From a virus (lineage: Duplodnaviria; Caudoviricetes), in IMG/VR virus record IMGVR_UViG_3300017991_000116, positions 1 through 62,536 of that record: a stretch of 62,536 nt of DNA; one strand, 5' to 3'. Numbering within the stretch: position 1 is the stretch's first letter; every line of letters starts with the position of its first letter. Under the pieces are notes generated by a model that had not been told where the DNA came from, did no database searches, and was given only the letters and a program-made list of their open reading frames with translations. The position numbers and the translations under genes are program-made. Below are positions 35,946 to 45,493 of the stretch, piece after piece.

Positions 35946-37262
35946 CTACTTGCCTCCGCCGAAGGCTTCCGCGTCCTTCTGGACCTTCTGCCAGCGGGCT
36001 TCCAATTCGGGGGGAGCGATGACGTCGTGGGGGTGATCCGCAAACCACTGCCTGTACTCGCGTTCGACCTTCTCGACGGCCGCCCAACCCTGGGATTCGA
36101 GCACGAGCACGTCGTGCATCTTCAACAGAAGACCCACGCTCGGCACGGTGCCGGTCGTTTTGAAGATTCGTTCGCGAAGGACGTCCCATCGGCTTATCAG
36201 GTAGTGTAAGGCTTGCTCAATGATTGCGCCATCGTATTTCTCGATGAGCTGCTTGCATTGCGCGCGCTCTTTCGGACCCCAGGCGGGAATCTTGATAGCC
36301 GGGAACCTGTCCCGCATGTCCGAAAGCCAGATGGCCTCACACGCCTTGAGTTGCTTCTGCATGGAGGGCTTCACGGACTTGCCGTTGAGGTTCTCCCTCC
36401 GGGCGTCCTTGGCGAGGCTCTTCTCGACGTTGGCGGCGACCTGCCGCCCGGTCCGTTCCTTGGCGGCGGCGACCACCTCCTCGAGGGTCTTCTTGGTGGT
36501 CAGAGGTGAAGTAGGAGGATGTGCCGAACTGTAGGATGCCGGCGGAACTTCTTCTGAACTTGGGGGCGGGGCAGGGTCCGAGCCCGCCCCTCGGCTGGCG
36601 CCTCGGGGGTCACTGCCGCTCGCGGCCAAGCTTTGGTCTTCTCTTTCTTTGTTCTTCTCTTCTTTAAGAGGCGAGACACTGGTGTCCTGGGGGTCGAGAC
36701 ACTGGTGTCCTGGGGGTCGAGACACTGGTGTCCTGGGGTCGGCCCCCGAACCGTCCTCCGAGAACTGCTTGACGAGCTCTACTCTGTCTGTAATGTCGAG
36801 TACATGTATGGAAAACGCCTCATTTTCTGCGAACTGGTACGCCTGCCGGGCTTTTTTCTCCATGAAAACGCGTAGTTCCCTCAACCACGCGTCAGCGTAG
36901 AAAGCCTCGTGCCGCCTCCCTTTGGAGTCCTCGGTGAGCTGTCCGAGAACGTAGACAAATTCGCCCCCCAACTCAGGTTCGTATACATCCACCCACCCCA
37001 GACTGCGGAGCTCGCTCATCTGTCGGGAGATGGTGCGCTCACTCACGTTGAGGTACATCGCCAGCTTGCCTCGGTTCAGGCGTGCCGCCAACAGCCCCTT
37101 CTTCAGGGCCTGCCTTGAGTGCTTGCCTCCATGCTCCCGCGACCTCCAGATGAACCTGCGGAGCAATTCGTAGAGGTTGAGCATGACCGGGTTGAGCGCG
37201 CCGACGACTCCATAGTCGTACAGTTCGAAGTCACGCTTGATGAAGTACTCGCCGTGATGCAT
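35946..37262 (-). CDS. Replication initiator (lambda O-like, N-terminal wHTH)
   Basis: LAMYLNVSERTISRQMSELRSLGWV HTH; internal iterons; upstream of loader and helicase. Confidence 0.8.
   Translation of the reverse strand: MHHGEYFIKRDFELYDYGVVGALNPVMLNLYELLRRFIWRSREHGGKHSRQALKKGLLAARLNRGKLAMYLNVSERTISRQMSELRSLGWVDVYEPELGGEFVYVLGQLTEDSKGRRHEAFYADAWLRELRVFMEKKARQAYQFAENEAFSIHVLDITDRVELVKQFSEDGSGADPRTPVSRPPGHQCLDPQDTSVSPLKEEKNKEREDQSLAASGSDPRGASRGAGSDPAPPPSSEEVPPASYSSAHPPTSPLTTKKTLEEVVAAAKERTGRQVAANVEKSLAKDARRENLNGKSVKPSMQKQLKACEAIWLSDMRDRFPAIKIPAWGPKERAQCKQLIEKYDGAIIEQALHYLISRWDVLRERIFKTTGTVPSVGLLLKMHDVLVLESQGWAAVEKVEREYRQWFADHPHDVIAPPELEARWQKVQKDAEAFGGGK
36672..36739. repeat. Three tandem 23-bp iterons CGAGACACTGGTGTCCTGGGGGT (probable origin)
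   Basis: Copies at 36672, 36695 and 36718 (third lacks one G); internal dyad GACAC-TG-GTGTC; adjacent T-rich tract 36632-36667. Confidence 0.85.
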
Positions 37263-37332
37263 CGAGCCCCCTTTCCTTGTGTCGGTGTCGGGTCGAACGG
37301 ACCTATCGTTCTGCCATGGTCGCGAGCCGATG

Positions 37333-37530
37333 TCAGCCCTGTTGTCCGCACCCCTTACAACGTCGGTAAATCCGCACTCGGACCTTCTCGACCCGCTCGG
37401 CAAGCTCCCAGATGTCCGTGTGATCTGGGTCGTCGGCCGTGAGCTCGCCGGCTACCCGGTACAGGTGATTGCGGGCGTGCTCGAGCAGTCCGTTGAGGAA
37501 GTCTCTCTTCTTCCGGTCGAGCACCGTCAC
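37333..37530 (-). CDS. Hypothetical protein
   Basis: GTGA-coupled short ORF ending CKGC. Confidence 0.45.
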   Translation of the reverse strand: MTVLDRKKRDFLNGLLEHARNHLYRVAGELTADDPDHTDIWELAERVEKVRVRIYRRCKGCGQQG

Positions 37531-37778
37531 GCCTTCACCCACCCCTTGCCCTTACATGTCGGGCAAAGGGTGAAGTTTGCGAGTACCCAGCGACCGCCGA
37601 CGATCTGGATCCGCTTCTGTCGGCGGAGTCGTTGGAGGGTGCGGCTGAGCGCTGGGTCGTCCTCGGAAGTTTTCAGTTCCGCCCGCAGCTCGCGGTGCGA
37701 CTTCGCTCCGTCCTTCAGACTCTTTTCGATGTTCGCCTCGAGCTTCGCGTCGTCCTCGGACAGTTCCTTGCGCTTCAT
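37527..37778 (-). CDS. Small winged-helix protein with CxxCxGxG tail
   Basis: LSRTLQRLRRQKRIQIVGGRW; CPTCKGKG. Confidence 0.6.
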   Translation of the reverse strand: MKRKELSEDDAKLEANIEKSLKDGAKSHRELRAELKTSEDDPALSRTLQRLRRQKRIQIVGGRWVLANFTLCPTCKGKGWVKA

Positions 37779-37792
37779 GCTTCCTCCGTTTT

Positions 37793-37807
37793 GCGACCAC
37801 GTGGTCG
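37793..37807. promoter_or_regulatory. Palindrome GCGACCACGTGGTCG, copy 2
   Basis: 18-bp identity with 9843-9860; between stop codon and RBS. Confidence 0.55.
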
Positions 37808-37811
37808 TATT

Positions 37812-38306
37812 TCAGAACAGACCTTCGGTCTCGGACCCCTGGGTTTCCTCGGGGTCGCTCTTCTTCTTGGCCCGAACCGCCGCGCACACCCTCGTAAGCA
37901 AGGCGTCGTTGAGCAGTACGTAGTAGACCGGCGCGTCCACCCCGATGCCGTCCTGGTGCTCGTACTCGGTCTTCTGTGCTCGAGCGCAGTATCCGCAGAA
38001 CGGGCCGGCCAGCATCTCGGGAGCCTCCCCCACCTTCTCTCCGTCGAGCGCGAGCCAAGCGAACTTGCTCGGGTTCTCGGTCCCGCACGCCGGGCACTGC
38101 GTACCCTTGCGGGTGGCCCTCTTGCGTTCGGCATCCCAGCCCGCGTGCGACGCGATGCTCTCGTAGATGCGCCACAGCAAGGCGTCGGACGGGTGCCAGG
38201 GCTCGTCCTTGACCTCGCTCACCATCGAGCCCAACCGCACGAACGTCTCCTGTCCGCAGTCGGGGCACGTACCCTTGGGGCCCGTGTAGATGCCGGGTCC
38301 GCTCAT
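37812..38306 (-). CDS. Zinc-binding hypothetical protein
   Basis: CPDC, CPAC, CGYC. Confidence 0.55.
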   Translation of the reverse strand: MSGPGIYTGPKGTCPDCGQETFVRLGSMVSEVKDEPWHPSDALLWRIYESIASHAGWDAERKRATRKGTQCPACGTENPSKFAWLALDGEKVGEAPEMLAGPFCGYCARAQKTEYEHQDGIGVDAPVYYVLLNDALLTRVCAAVRAKKKSDPEETQGSETEGLF

Positions 38307-40264
38307 CGGTTCCTCAGAAAGTCGATGAAGCTCGAGGCGACCACGCTCACCAGGTCTTGGCCGATGCGCGCGGGGTCCATCTGCTTCCAGTTGCGCTTGG
38401 GACCGAACATGAACGAGAGCTGCTTGGGGCTCATGTCGTAATGGATCGCCCCCGGCTTGTGCCAGTCCGGAGCTCCGACCATGATCCCCGTGACGTTGAC
38501 TCCCTGCGACCGGCCGCGCTGCACCTCGGTCTTGACGAAGAGCATGAGCTGCTGCGTCGAGACAGATCGTCCGCTGCGTTGGATGTGGGTCGGGAAGCCG
38601 TCGCTCAGGACGAAGAGCTGCTTGTTCTCCGTGCCTTGGAGAAGCTGTTTGATGCCGAGTCGGACACCCACGTGGATCGGGGTCAGTCCTCCGGAGCCGC
38701 CGTCGCTCCGGTCGAGGTAGACCTCCCGCTGGGCGTCGAACCTACTCAGGATCACTTCCCCTGCTTCCTTCGACGTGAACCCCCAGATGTCCAGGTGGAC
38801 GAACGGGAAGTTCAGGGCCCGGCAGATGATCCTAGCCGCACGCTCGCACTGCACGGTCTTGTTGCCGTTCATCGAACCCGAACGGTCGAGCAGGATGAGG
38901 GCCCGAAAGCCTTGGCCCCGGTCCTCGTTGCGGAAGCAGGGGGTAGGGATGCCTGATATGCGTCCCTCGAGATAGGCAGGGATGTCGATCTCGGTTCCCG
39001 TGTCGCGTAGTCCGTACTTGGTCCTGCCCATCACCCTGAAGAACATCGCGCGCAGACGGTTGATGGTCACCAAGTCCTCGTGGTCGAGCTCGGCCCTTCC
39101 CCGGTGGTCGTCCGAGGAGTCGATGAACCGGATGCGGGCCATGGCATCCTTCTGAAGCCACTGGTCGCCGGTCATCTGCTGCTTCATTGCCTGAAGCGCC
39201 TGCTTGACGATCTCGTCCATGCCGGCGCCGCTGCTCCGGAGCATGGACTCCATCCGGTCGTCGTTGCCCACGTCGGCCTGAAGCGCCTGGTTCGACAGAG
39301 CGCTGCTCTGACTGCCCCGGTACTTGCTCTCGCTCGCCATGTTGTCGGGCGTCACGGGCGGGTCACCCATCTGGTCAACCAGGTCTTTGAGCGCTTGCGC
39401 CCTCTGCTTGCCCGCCTCCGGGCCTGCCTTGTTCTGGGGCTGGGAGGCCCCTTCCTGCGGCTTGTTGCCGCCTGGGTTGTCGCAGTCGCAGTCGGGGTCC
39501 GGAGCGCCTATAGGGGACGTAGCGTCGGCGGAAGCCTCGCTCCTGTGCTCTTCGATGATGCGGTCCACGAGTCGCATGACGACCCACTTGCTCACCACGA
39601 GCGAAGCGACGGGCCCTCGCTCCCGCACCCGGTCCAAGGCTTCGGTCAGGGCGTCACGGTACTTGTCCATCGGCCCTTCCGGAACCTCGTCACCGAAGAC
39701 TTGCAGAGCCAGGGCGAAGGTCAGGATGCCGTCGTGAGCGGAGCTCCCTACCCGGAGCGACTTGTACGTGTCGCGTCTGATCCCGTTGATCAGTTCGGTG
39801 CTTCCAGGGTAGAGCCTCTCCCACAGCGAAGAGACGCGGTGCCACTCGAGGGTCCTGGCTAGGGAACCTATGCCGGTGCTCATCGCGTCCGCGCTGATCG
39901 GTGTGCCGAGCTTCTTGGCAACCGAGGCGACTTTCGCCGTGTACTCCTTCGTGAACTGCTTCTGCGCTCGGACGTCCGTGCGGAACAGGACGTGCGATAG
40001 CTGTGTTTCCAGGTGCAGGTAGAAATTCGGGTTGGCGAAGCACAACCGGATCTCGTTGCCGTCCGTGGTCTGTTGGCCGTCCGCGCACTCCTTGAGCCAG
40101 AGCCTTCGCTTCGTGATGCTCCCGAACAGGTCCGTGGTCTTGTAGGCCACCGACTTCATGTTGTGGTAGCGCCCCACCTGATCGAGCTTCGTCAGGTCGA
40201 TGTTGTCGGGGTCGATGTCCACGTCGGGTTCGGTCGGTACTTGGTTGCGGCCAATCGTTCTCAT
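38303..40264 (-). CDS. VWA-domain protein (CobT/NorD-like partner)
   Basis: MIDAS DRSGSM, GLTP, LSDG; adjacent to AAA ATPase. Confidence 0.85.
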   Translation of the reverse strand: MRTIGRNQVPTEPDVDIDPDNIDLTKLDQVGRYHNMKSVAYKTTDLFGSITKRRLWLKECADGQQTTDGNEIRLCFANPNFYLHLETQLSHVLFRTDVRAQKQFTKEYTAKVASVAKKLGTPISADAMSTGIGSLARTLEWHRVSSLWERLYPGSTELINGIRRDTYKSLRVGSSAHDGILTFALALQVFGDEVPEGPMDKYRDALTEALDRVRERGPVASLVVSKWVVMRLVDRIIEEHRSEASADATSPIGAPDPDCDCDNPGGNKPQEGASQPQNKAGPEAGKQRAQALKDLVDQMGDPPVTPDNMASESKYRGSQSSALSNQALQADVGNDDRMESMLRSSGAGMDEIVKQALQAMKQQMTGDQWLQKDAMARIRFIDSSDDHRGRAELDHEDLVTINRLRAMFFRVMGRTKYGLRDTGTEIDIPAYLEGRISGIPTPCFRNEDRGQGFRALILLDRSGSMNGNKTVQCERAARIICRALNFPFVHLDIWGFTSKEAGEVILSRFDAQREVYLDRSDGGSGGLTPIHVGVRLGIKQLLQGTENKQLFVLSDGFPTHIQRSGRSVSTQQLMLFVKTEVQRGRSQGVNVTGIMVGAPDWHKPGAIHYDMSPKQLSFMFGPKRNWKQMDPARIGQDLVSVVASSFIDFLRNR

Positions 40265-41130
40265 TTCTTCGACTTCTTCTGAGGCTTGGCAGCGAGCTGC
40301 ACACCGAAGATGCTCTGGATCCGCTGGACGATGGTGTCGCGGTCCGAGTCGTCGAACTTGCCGATGACGATGCGCAACGCCGTCTGGGTGTCGAGCGCGG
40401 CGATGTCTTCCAGAAGCTGCACCACGTCTCTCGTACTCAGGGCGTACTCGAGCGTCTTCTGGCGCGTCTCGTGCGCCAACAGAAGCACCTTGTCGATGAT
40501 ACCCGAGTCCAGCTTCGAAGCGTTGCCGTTGAGCACGGCTTGGACGACTTCCTTCTCCTTCGAAGGCTTAGGGTAGTCCAGGGCGAGCAGGCGGAACCTG
40601 CTCTTGAGGTCTTCGTTCAACTGGTAAACCCCTCCGTAGACGGAGGTGTTCATGCTGCCCACGACCCACAACCTCGCCCCCGGCTTGAGCTTGAAGACGC
40701 GTTGGCACTCGGGGACCTCGACCTTGCGTCGGTAGTCGGCCACCGAGTTGAGCCCCTTCTGCATCTGCGGGGTCAACGCGTTGACCTCTTCGAAAGCCAG
40801 GATGCACATGCCATATTCGTTCGCGATTTCGAACGCGGTCGGGATCGGCCCCAGGATGAACGGGGTCTGGTCACCGCGCAGGACGTACATGCCGATGAGG
40901 TGGCTTCTCCTCACGTCCTCGGAGCAGTCGAACGTCACGATCGGGCATTTGATCTTGGCTGCCCACGACTGGAAGGAGAGCGTCTTGCCGATACCCTTGG
41001 GCCCCACGCAGATGAGCGGGGCCTCGAACTGCAAGCCCTCGTAGATGTCGTGCAGTCCGTACATGTCGACGAACTTGACGGGGTCGGGCTGGAACTCTTT
41101 GATGGGGATGTGCTCGGTCTTCGTTGTCAT
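40261..41130 (-). CDS. MoxR-family AAA+ ATPase (CbbQ/NorQ/CobS-like)
   Basis: GPKGIGKT, AFEEVN, GSMN, LKSRF, STR. Confidence 0.88.
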   Translation of the reverse strand: MTTKTEHIPIKEFQPDPVKFVDMYGLHDIYEGLQFEAPLICVGPKGIGKTLSFQSWAAKIKCPIVTFDCSEDVRRSHLIGMYVLRGDQTPFILGPIPTAFEIANEYGMCILAFEEVNALTPQMQKGLNSVADYRRKVEVPECQRVFKLKPGARLWVVGSMNTSVYGGVYQLNEDLKSRFRLLALDYPKPSKEKEVVQAVLNGNASKLDSGIIDKVLLLAHETRQKTLEYALSTRDVVQLLEDIAALDTQTALRIVIGKFDDSDRDTIVQRIQSIFGVQLAAKPQKKSKK

Positions 41131-41136
41131 GCTGCC

Positions 41137-41164
41137 ACAATAACAACTGGTAACCGATTGTCAA
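41137..41164 (-). promoter_or_regulatory. Sigma70-like promoter, leaderless
   Basis: TTGACA-16-TATTGT, ATG 6 nt downstream. Confidence 0.7.
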
Positions 41165-41170
41165 GAGGAT

Positions 41171-41719
41171 TCAGTCGTAGAACGTGAGGTACTTGGGGAA
41201 GGCGCGGGGGTCTGCCGTGATGGGCTCGAAGGTCGTCAGGGAGGGCTTGTCGGAGTCAGGCTCCATGACCTGCGAAGTCCACATCCGCACGCCCGTCCGG
41301 AGGTGTTCGAAGTAGACGAAGACGCAGACCATCTGCGAGCCCTCTGCCAGGTCGATGAGGTCGTTGACGTTCGGGTCGGCCGTGAGCGACTCGGACTCGT
41401 CGGGCATCATGAGCATCATCTGCACCTGGAACACGCCGATCGCCTTGGCCTGCCGGATGAACCGGCGCACGTTCGCGTCGTGCCTCGGGCTGCGGATGGT
41501 GTCCTCGTCCTCCATGCCGGGCAGCAGCAGCGCGAGCTTGATGTGGTCGAGCTCCTCGCCCGTGGTGGGGTCGACGGTGTGCAGGATCATGCTGCCAGGC
41601 GTGACGTCACCTTCCTCGGCGAACGACTCGGTGACGAGCTCGAGCATCTTGGTCGCGAACTCGTCGGCGCCGTCCTTCGTCTGGATCCGGTTCAGGATCT
41701 CGACTGGGAATCCCTTCAT
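41171..41719 (-). CDS. Hypothetical protein
   Basis: Start MKGFPV overlapping upstream stop. Confidence 0.55.
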   Translation of the reverse strand: MKGFPVEILNRIQTKDGADEFATKMLELVTESFAEEGDVTPGSMILHTVDPTTGEELDHIKLALLLPGMEDEDTIRSPRHDANVRRFIRQAKAIGVFQVQMMLMMPDESESLTADPNVNDLIDLAEGSQMVCVFVYFEHLRTGVRMWTSQVMEPDSDKPSLTTFEPITADPRAFPKYLTFYD

Positions 41720-42270
41720 GACTCTAGCTTCTTGGGGTTGAGGAAGGCGAGCCCCTCCTTCAGGGTCTTGTTGGGGAACACGCGCAGCGCCCATGTGATA
41801 GCGTGCAGCGCTTCGACGTTGGCGCCGTCCAGCTTGCCCGTCTCGATGAGGTACTTCACCTTCGAAGGCGAGAGCTCGAGGACTTTGATCTCCTCGAACG
41901 CCTCGGTGACCGGAAGCTGTGCGTCGGTCAAGAGCTTCTTGATGCCCTCGGGGTCCGGAGCGGTGGAGCGGCGACGTTCGCGCACGACACGTCCGGAGCC
42001 GACGTTGCACTCCTGCCCTCCCTTCTCCGTGGCCGTCCCGTTGCTCTCGGCGAAGGCGAGCAGCAGGACCCTGAGCTGCGCCTTGCGTGCCTTGGCGAAC
42101 TTCTCGAGCGCGTCGAAAAGCGTGTACGCGGTCGCGGCTTGCTCGGCCGACAGGGTTGCGGGGGAGGCAGAGAACGCTCGGCTCTCCGCGAGGGTTTTCA
42201 GTTGCGCGAGTGTGTCAGACATGCAGTCTCCTTCGGGCGTGGCGGCGGAATGCGGCCCTTGCCCAACCAT
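41716..42270 (-). CDS. Hypothetical protein
   Basis: Leaderless ATG 42270 or RBS-led ATG 42222. Confidence 0.6.
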   Translation of the reverse strand: MVGQGPHSAATPEGDCMSDTLAQLKTLAESRAFSASPATLSAEQAATAYTLFDALEKFAKARKAQLRVLLLAFAESNGTATEKGGQECNVGSGRVVRERRRSTAPDPEGIKKLLTDAQLPVTEAFEEIKVLELSPSKVKYLIETGKLDGANVEALHAITWALRVFPNKTLKEGLAFLNPKKLES

Positions 42271-42276
42271 GCTGTC

Positions 42277-42304
42277 AACGTAACACGTGCCGTGGGATTG
42301 TCAA
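42277..42304 (-). promoter_or_regulatory. Sigma70-like promoter
   Basis: TTGACA-16-TACGTT, ATG 6 nt downstream. Confidence 0.65.
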
Positions 42305-42864
42305 GCGCTTTTGCGTTGAGCCGGGATGACTTTCGCCTTGAAGTACTCGCAGTGCTTGGCGGCTGCCGGCGCGAAGAAGCAAACGCGGCCGCGTTGGTTC
42401 GCGTGGGTGCAGAGTCCCTGGCACTGGTCCTTGGTGAAGTTCGGCGGCTTCTCTCCGGACAGGTGGAAGCAGGGGTGTCCGGTGACTTCGATCTTCTGGA
42501 GACTCATCTCGACCTCGTTCCGGGGCTTGAGCTCGTGCCTGGCCCCTCGTTCTGCTTGGTCCAACGCTCGGAAAGCCTGCCCCACGACCTGGGAGCGGGC
42601 GAGCGACTGTTTCCGGATGGCGGCCGGGATGGCGTCGCGGAGCGTCCGAGCTGCCCACGCGTCGGGAGACAACCCGTTGAGGTCGGCCCACTTCGCGAGC
42701 ATCTCGTACTTGTCCTCGCCGATGCGCAGACAGTGCGAGTGCTCGAGCTCCCGCTCTCGAGCCTCACGCTCTCGAGCTCGCCGCCACAGAGCGTTGACCC
42801 CGGCGACCCCGAGCCAGAAGCCGACGAAAACTCCCAGGCTCGCGCAGATGATAGCGGTTATCAC
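42301..42864 (-). CDS. Membrane-anchored Cys-rich hypothetical protein
   Basis: GTG start, N-terminal hydrophobic helix, C-terminal Cys cluster. Confidence 0.55.
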   Translation of the reverse strand: MITAIICASLGVFVGFWLGVAGVNALWRRAREREARERELEHSHCLRIGEDKYEMLAKWADLNGLSPDAWAARTLRDAIPAAIRKQSLARSQVVGQAFRALDQAERGARHELKPRNEVEMSLQKIEVTGHPCFHLSGEKPPNFTKDQCQGLCTHANQRGRVCFFAPAAAKHCEYFKAKVIPAQRKSA

Positions 42865-43142
42865 GGATCTTGATCTTTCGGGGGCACGGGTACGGGCACG
42901 CCGTAGCGCAGGTCCCGTAAGTGGAGTTTGATGAGCTCGCACGAGTCGAACGCCCGGCATTCCTCGCACGAGTCCACCACCTGGAACTCCTTGCACTTGT
43001 TCACCCGGAGCTGGCGGAGCTCCACGTCGAACTGCACGCTGCCGGGCTTGTGGCCCATCGACGCGACCTTGTTCGCGAGCTCGCGGAGGATTGCGGAGAC
43101 TGCCTTGTCTGCCATCTTGTCGTTGTAGTGCCGGGTGCTCAC
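42861..43142 (-). CDS. Small Cys-rich hypothetical protein
   Basis: Coupled ORF; C..SCEEC..C. Confidence 0.5.
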   Translation of the reverse strand: MSTRHYNDKMADKAVSAILRELANKVASMGHKPGSVQFDVELRQLRVNKCKEFQVVDSCEECRAFDSCELIKLHLRDLRYGVPVPVPPKDQDP

Positions 43143-43378
43143 TTCTTGTCGGCGATCCGACGGATCTCGGCGAGCGCCGCGTCCGGTGACTCCATGGCCC
43201 GGTGGAAGCAGTCCGAGTGCATGAGTCCGTACTCGACACCGTCCTCGAGCTTGAGCTTCTTCCGGCGGCTCGCGGACAAGGTCCCAGAGTTGATCTGGAA
43301 GCTCTCGTCTCCGACTTCGATGACTTTCCCGCAGCCTATGCAGCGTACGGGGTCCAGGTTTGCAGCAGCGTTCGACAT
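43139..43378 (-). CDS. Small zinc-binding protein
   Basis: CIGC...HSDC; GAGGAG RBS. Confidence 0.55.
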   Translation of the reverse strand: MSNAAANLDPVRCIGCGKVIEVGDESFQINSGTLSASRRKKLKLEDGVEYGLMHSDCFHRAMESPDAALAEIRRIADKK

Positions 43379-43385
43379 CGTCTCC

Positions 43386-44000
43386 TCATTCGGGGGGCAC
43401 GAGACCGATCTTCTCCATGACGGCTTGGAGGTCGGTCCACGCGTCTTTCTTCTTGGTGTGGTCACGCAGGAGGTAGGCAGGGTGAAAGGACGCTCTGAGG
43501 GGTGTTCCTTCCCACTGGTACCACTTTCCGCGCAGGTCACTGATGCTCTTGTTGGATCGAATCAGGGCTTGGGCTGCCGTCGCCCCCAGCGCCACGATGG
43601 CCTTCGGGTCCACCGCCCTGAGCTGGCCGCTCAGGAAAGAGCTGCACGCCGCGATTTCGTCCGGAGCGGGTTTGCGATTGTTCGGGGGCCAGCAACACAC
43701 GACGTTGCAGATGTAGACCTCGTCTCGAGCGACCCCCATGGCCTTGAGCATGCGGTCTAGGAGTTTTCCGGCGTTGCCGATGAACGGCTGGCCGAGCTCG
43801 TTCTCGTTGCGGCCGGGCCCCTCGCCGACGAACGCGATCTTCGCCTTGTCCTCGAGGCCGGTGCCGAAGACGACCTTCTTCCTCGAGCGGCACAGGTTGC
43901 ACCCGTGGCATTCCAGTGCCTTTTCGCGTAGCCTTTGTACGACTGGCGTTCCGGTGGGACCTTTCAACTGATCATTGGTGAAGAGCGATCTTTGCTCCAT
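43386..44000 (-). CDS. Uracil-DNA glycosylase family 4 (Fe-S)
   Basis: CHGCNLC, GEGPG, PFIG.AG, NVVCCWPPNNRKP, HPAYLLR. Confidence 0.93.
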   Translation of the reverse strand: MEQRSLFTNDQLKGPTGTPVVQRLREKALECHGCNLCRSRKKVVFGTGLEDKAKIAFVGEGPGRNENELGQPFIGNAGKLLDRMLKAMGVARDEVYICNVVCCWPPNNRKPAPDEIAACSSFLSGQLRAVDPKAIVALGATAAQALIRSNKSISDLRGKWYQWEGTPLRASFHPAYLLRDHTKKKDAWTDLQAVMEKIGLVPPE

Positions 44001-44010
44001 GTCTCCTACC

Positions 44011-44061
44011 ATAATATACACTACCATGTGGATTGTCTAATCCGGTCGCCTCGGGTATGCT
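44011..44061. promoter_or_regulatory. Overlapping divergent promoters
   Basis: Minus TAGACA(44039-44034)-17-TATTAT; plus TTGTCT(44033-44038)-17-TATGCT. Confidence 0.55.
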
Positions 44062-44078
44062 CAGGCCAAGGAGGATCA

Positions 44079-44411
44079 ATGGAACCGATCATGCAATTCT
44101 GGGAAGAACACGGCGTCATGGTGCTGGCTACGCTGTGGCTCGTCCTGTCGGCCGTCATCAACTCGCTCCTGCGTACGCGCACTCCCGAGGGTTGGGTCGA
44201 GCTCGGCATGAACTACCCCCGGCTCGCTGCCGTGATCAAGTTCCTCCGTGCCATCGGCGTTGACCCGGTCAAGGCCGTCAAAGCTATTGCGCAGCTCATC
44301 TCGGGCAAGGCAGAGAAGTCCAAGGAGGTACTGCCCGAGAAAGCGAAACTTGCCGTGGACGTCGCCGAGAAGCTGGCTGGCGACAAGCTCAAAGAAAAGG
44401 ACGAACCATGA
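44079..44411 (+). CDS. Holin-like membrane protein
   Basis: AAGGAGG RBS, hydrophobic helix, amphipathic helix, charged C-terminus. Confidence 0.55.
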   Translation: MEPIMQFWEEHGVMVLATLWLVLSAVINSLLRTRTPEGWVELGMNYPRLAAVIKFLRAIGVDPVKAVKAIAQLISGKAEKSKEVLPEKAKLAVDVAEKLAGDKLKEKDEP

Positions 44412-44680
44412 AAAAGCTCATCCCCCTCATCCTGCTGCTGTCCCTGTCGGGCTGCGGTGCCATCCAGAAGGAGCAGGCCAAGACCGTGCTCGACCTGGCA
44501 CGCAACGCCTGCGCCCTGTACGCCACCCAGGCGGGCCTCACGGTCAAGGACGTATGCGAGACCGAAGAGCAGCTCAGGCCCTTCATCGACTCCATCCTCG
44601 CGGGACACGCGGCCGCAGCCGCGCAGCGCGCTGGCACCTGCAACGCCGCCGCGCACGCTCCCGAGAAGAAGGGGGAGTGA
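44408..44680 (+). CDS. Small lipoprotein
   Basis: MKKLIPLILLLSLSG-C lipobox. Confidence 0.7.
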   Translation: MKKLIPLILLLSLSGCGAIQKEQAKTVLDLARNACALYATQAGLTVKDVCETEEQLRPFIDSILAGHAAAAAQRAGTCNAAAHAPEKKGE

Positions 44681-44683
44681 GCG

Positions 44684-45493
44684 ATGCCCGGTTTCGGGTA
44701 CATACCGTCTCCCGAAGACAAGCGGGACCTCAAGACGGTTGGTGACGACACCGCGCTGTTCGGCTCCAAGTTCGGAGCCTCGGTCCCCACCGAGCACTAC
44801 AACTGGCTCCGGTTCGTCGAGTGGATTCGTGATCAAGGCATCACGTCGTCGTGCGTGTGGAACGCGATGCAGCAGCAGCACTTCGTGCGGCTGGGCATCC
44901 GTGGAATCTCGAAGCGCATCCCCATGTCGAGGCTGTTCGGCTACTGGCACACACGCCACCGCAACGGCTCGCACACGCGGGACTTCGGCTGCATCCCTCG
45001 AGAAGCCTGGAAGGCCGCAGCCGGGATGGGCTTCTGCAAGGAGACGCTCTGGCCGTTCGACGAGGGACGAGTCAACGACAAGCCCGACTTCGACGCGACC
45101 TCTGGCGCCATCGACCAGAAGTGGCTCGAGGGCTACTACATGATCTGGGGTCTGACCGGCCGTGACAACGAGGTGCGTCAGTGCATCGCCAAGGGTCACC
45201 CGGTGGTCTTCGGCACCGTCGTCGACCAGGACTTCCAAGACTACCGCAACGGACGCATCACGGACGTGCTCAAGCCCCCTCGAGGGAACAAGGGCAGGCA
45301 CATGATGTGCGGCGTCGCCTACGACACCGATGGCCTCTGGGTCATCAACTCGTGGGGCAAGCACTGGGGCTCTCCGGACCCGACCGGTAAACTCCCCGGC
45401 GGCTTCTTCCGCATGTCGTGGGAATGGGTCAACTGGTCGCAAGCGACCGATTGGTGGGCGGTTGAGTTCGCCCAGAATTTCGTGGTGCCGTGA
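44684..45493 (+). CDS. Papain-like cysteine peptidase (C1 family)
   Basis: DQGITSSCV (Gln/Cys), GRHMMCGVAY (His), INSWG (Asn). Confidence 0.88.
   Translation: MPGFGYIPSPEDKRDLKTVGDDTALFGSKFGASVPTEHYNWLRFVEWIRDQGITSSCVWNAMQQQHFVRLGIRGISKRIPMSRLFGYWHTRHRNGSHTRDFGCIPREAWKAAAGMGFCKETLWPFDEGRVNDKPDFDATSGAIDQKWLEGYYMIWGLTGRDNEVRQCIAKGHPVVFGTVVDQDFQDYRNGRITDVLKPPRGNKGRHMMCGVAYDTDGLWVINSWGKHWGSPDPTGKLPGGFFRMSWEWVNWSQATDWWAVEFAQNFVVP

Noticed and set aside
36672-36739. 23-bp repeats as a CRISPR array
   Set aside because: Directly tandem with no spacers and inside an initiator gene; they fit iterons. No array was seen elsewhere in the window despite the Cas4-like gene.
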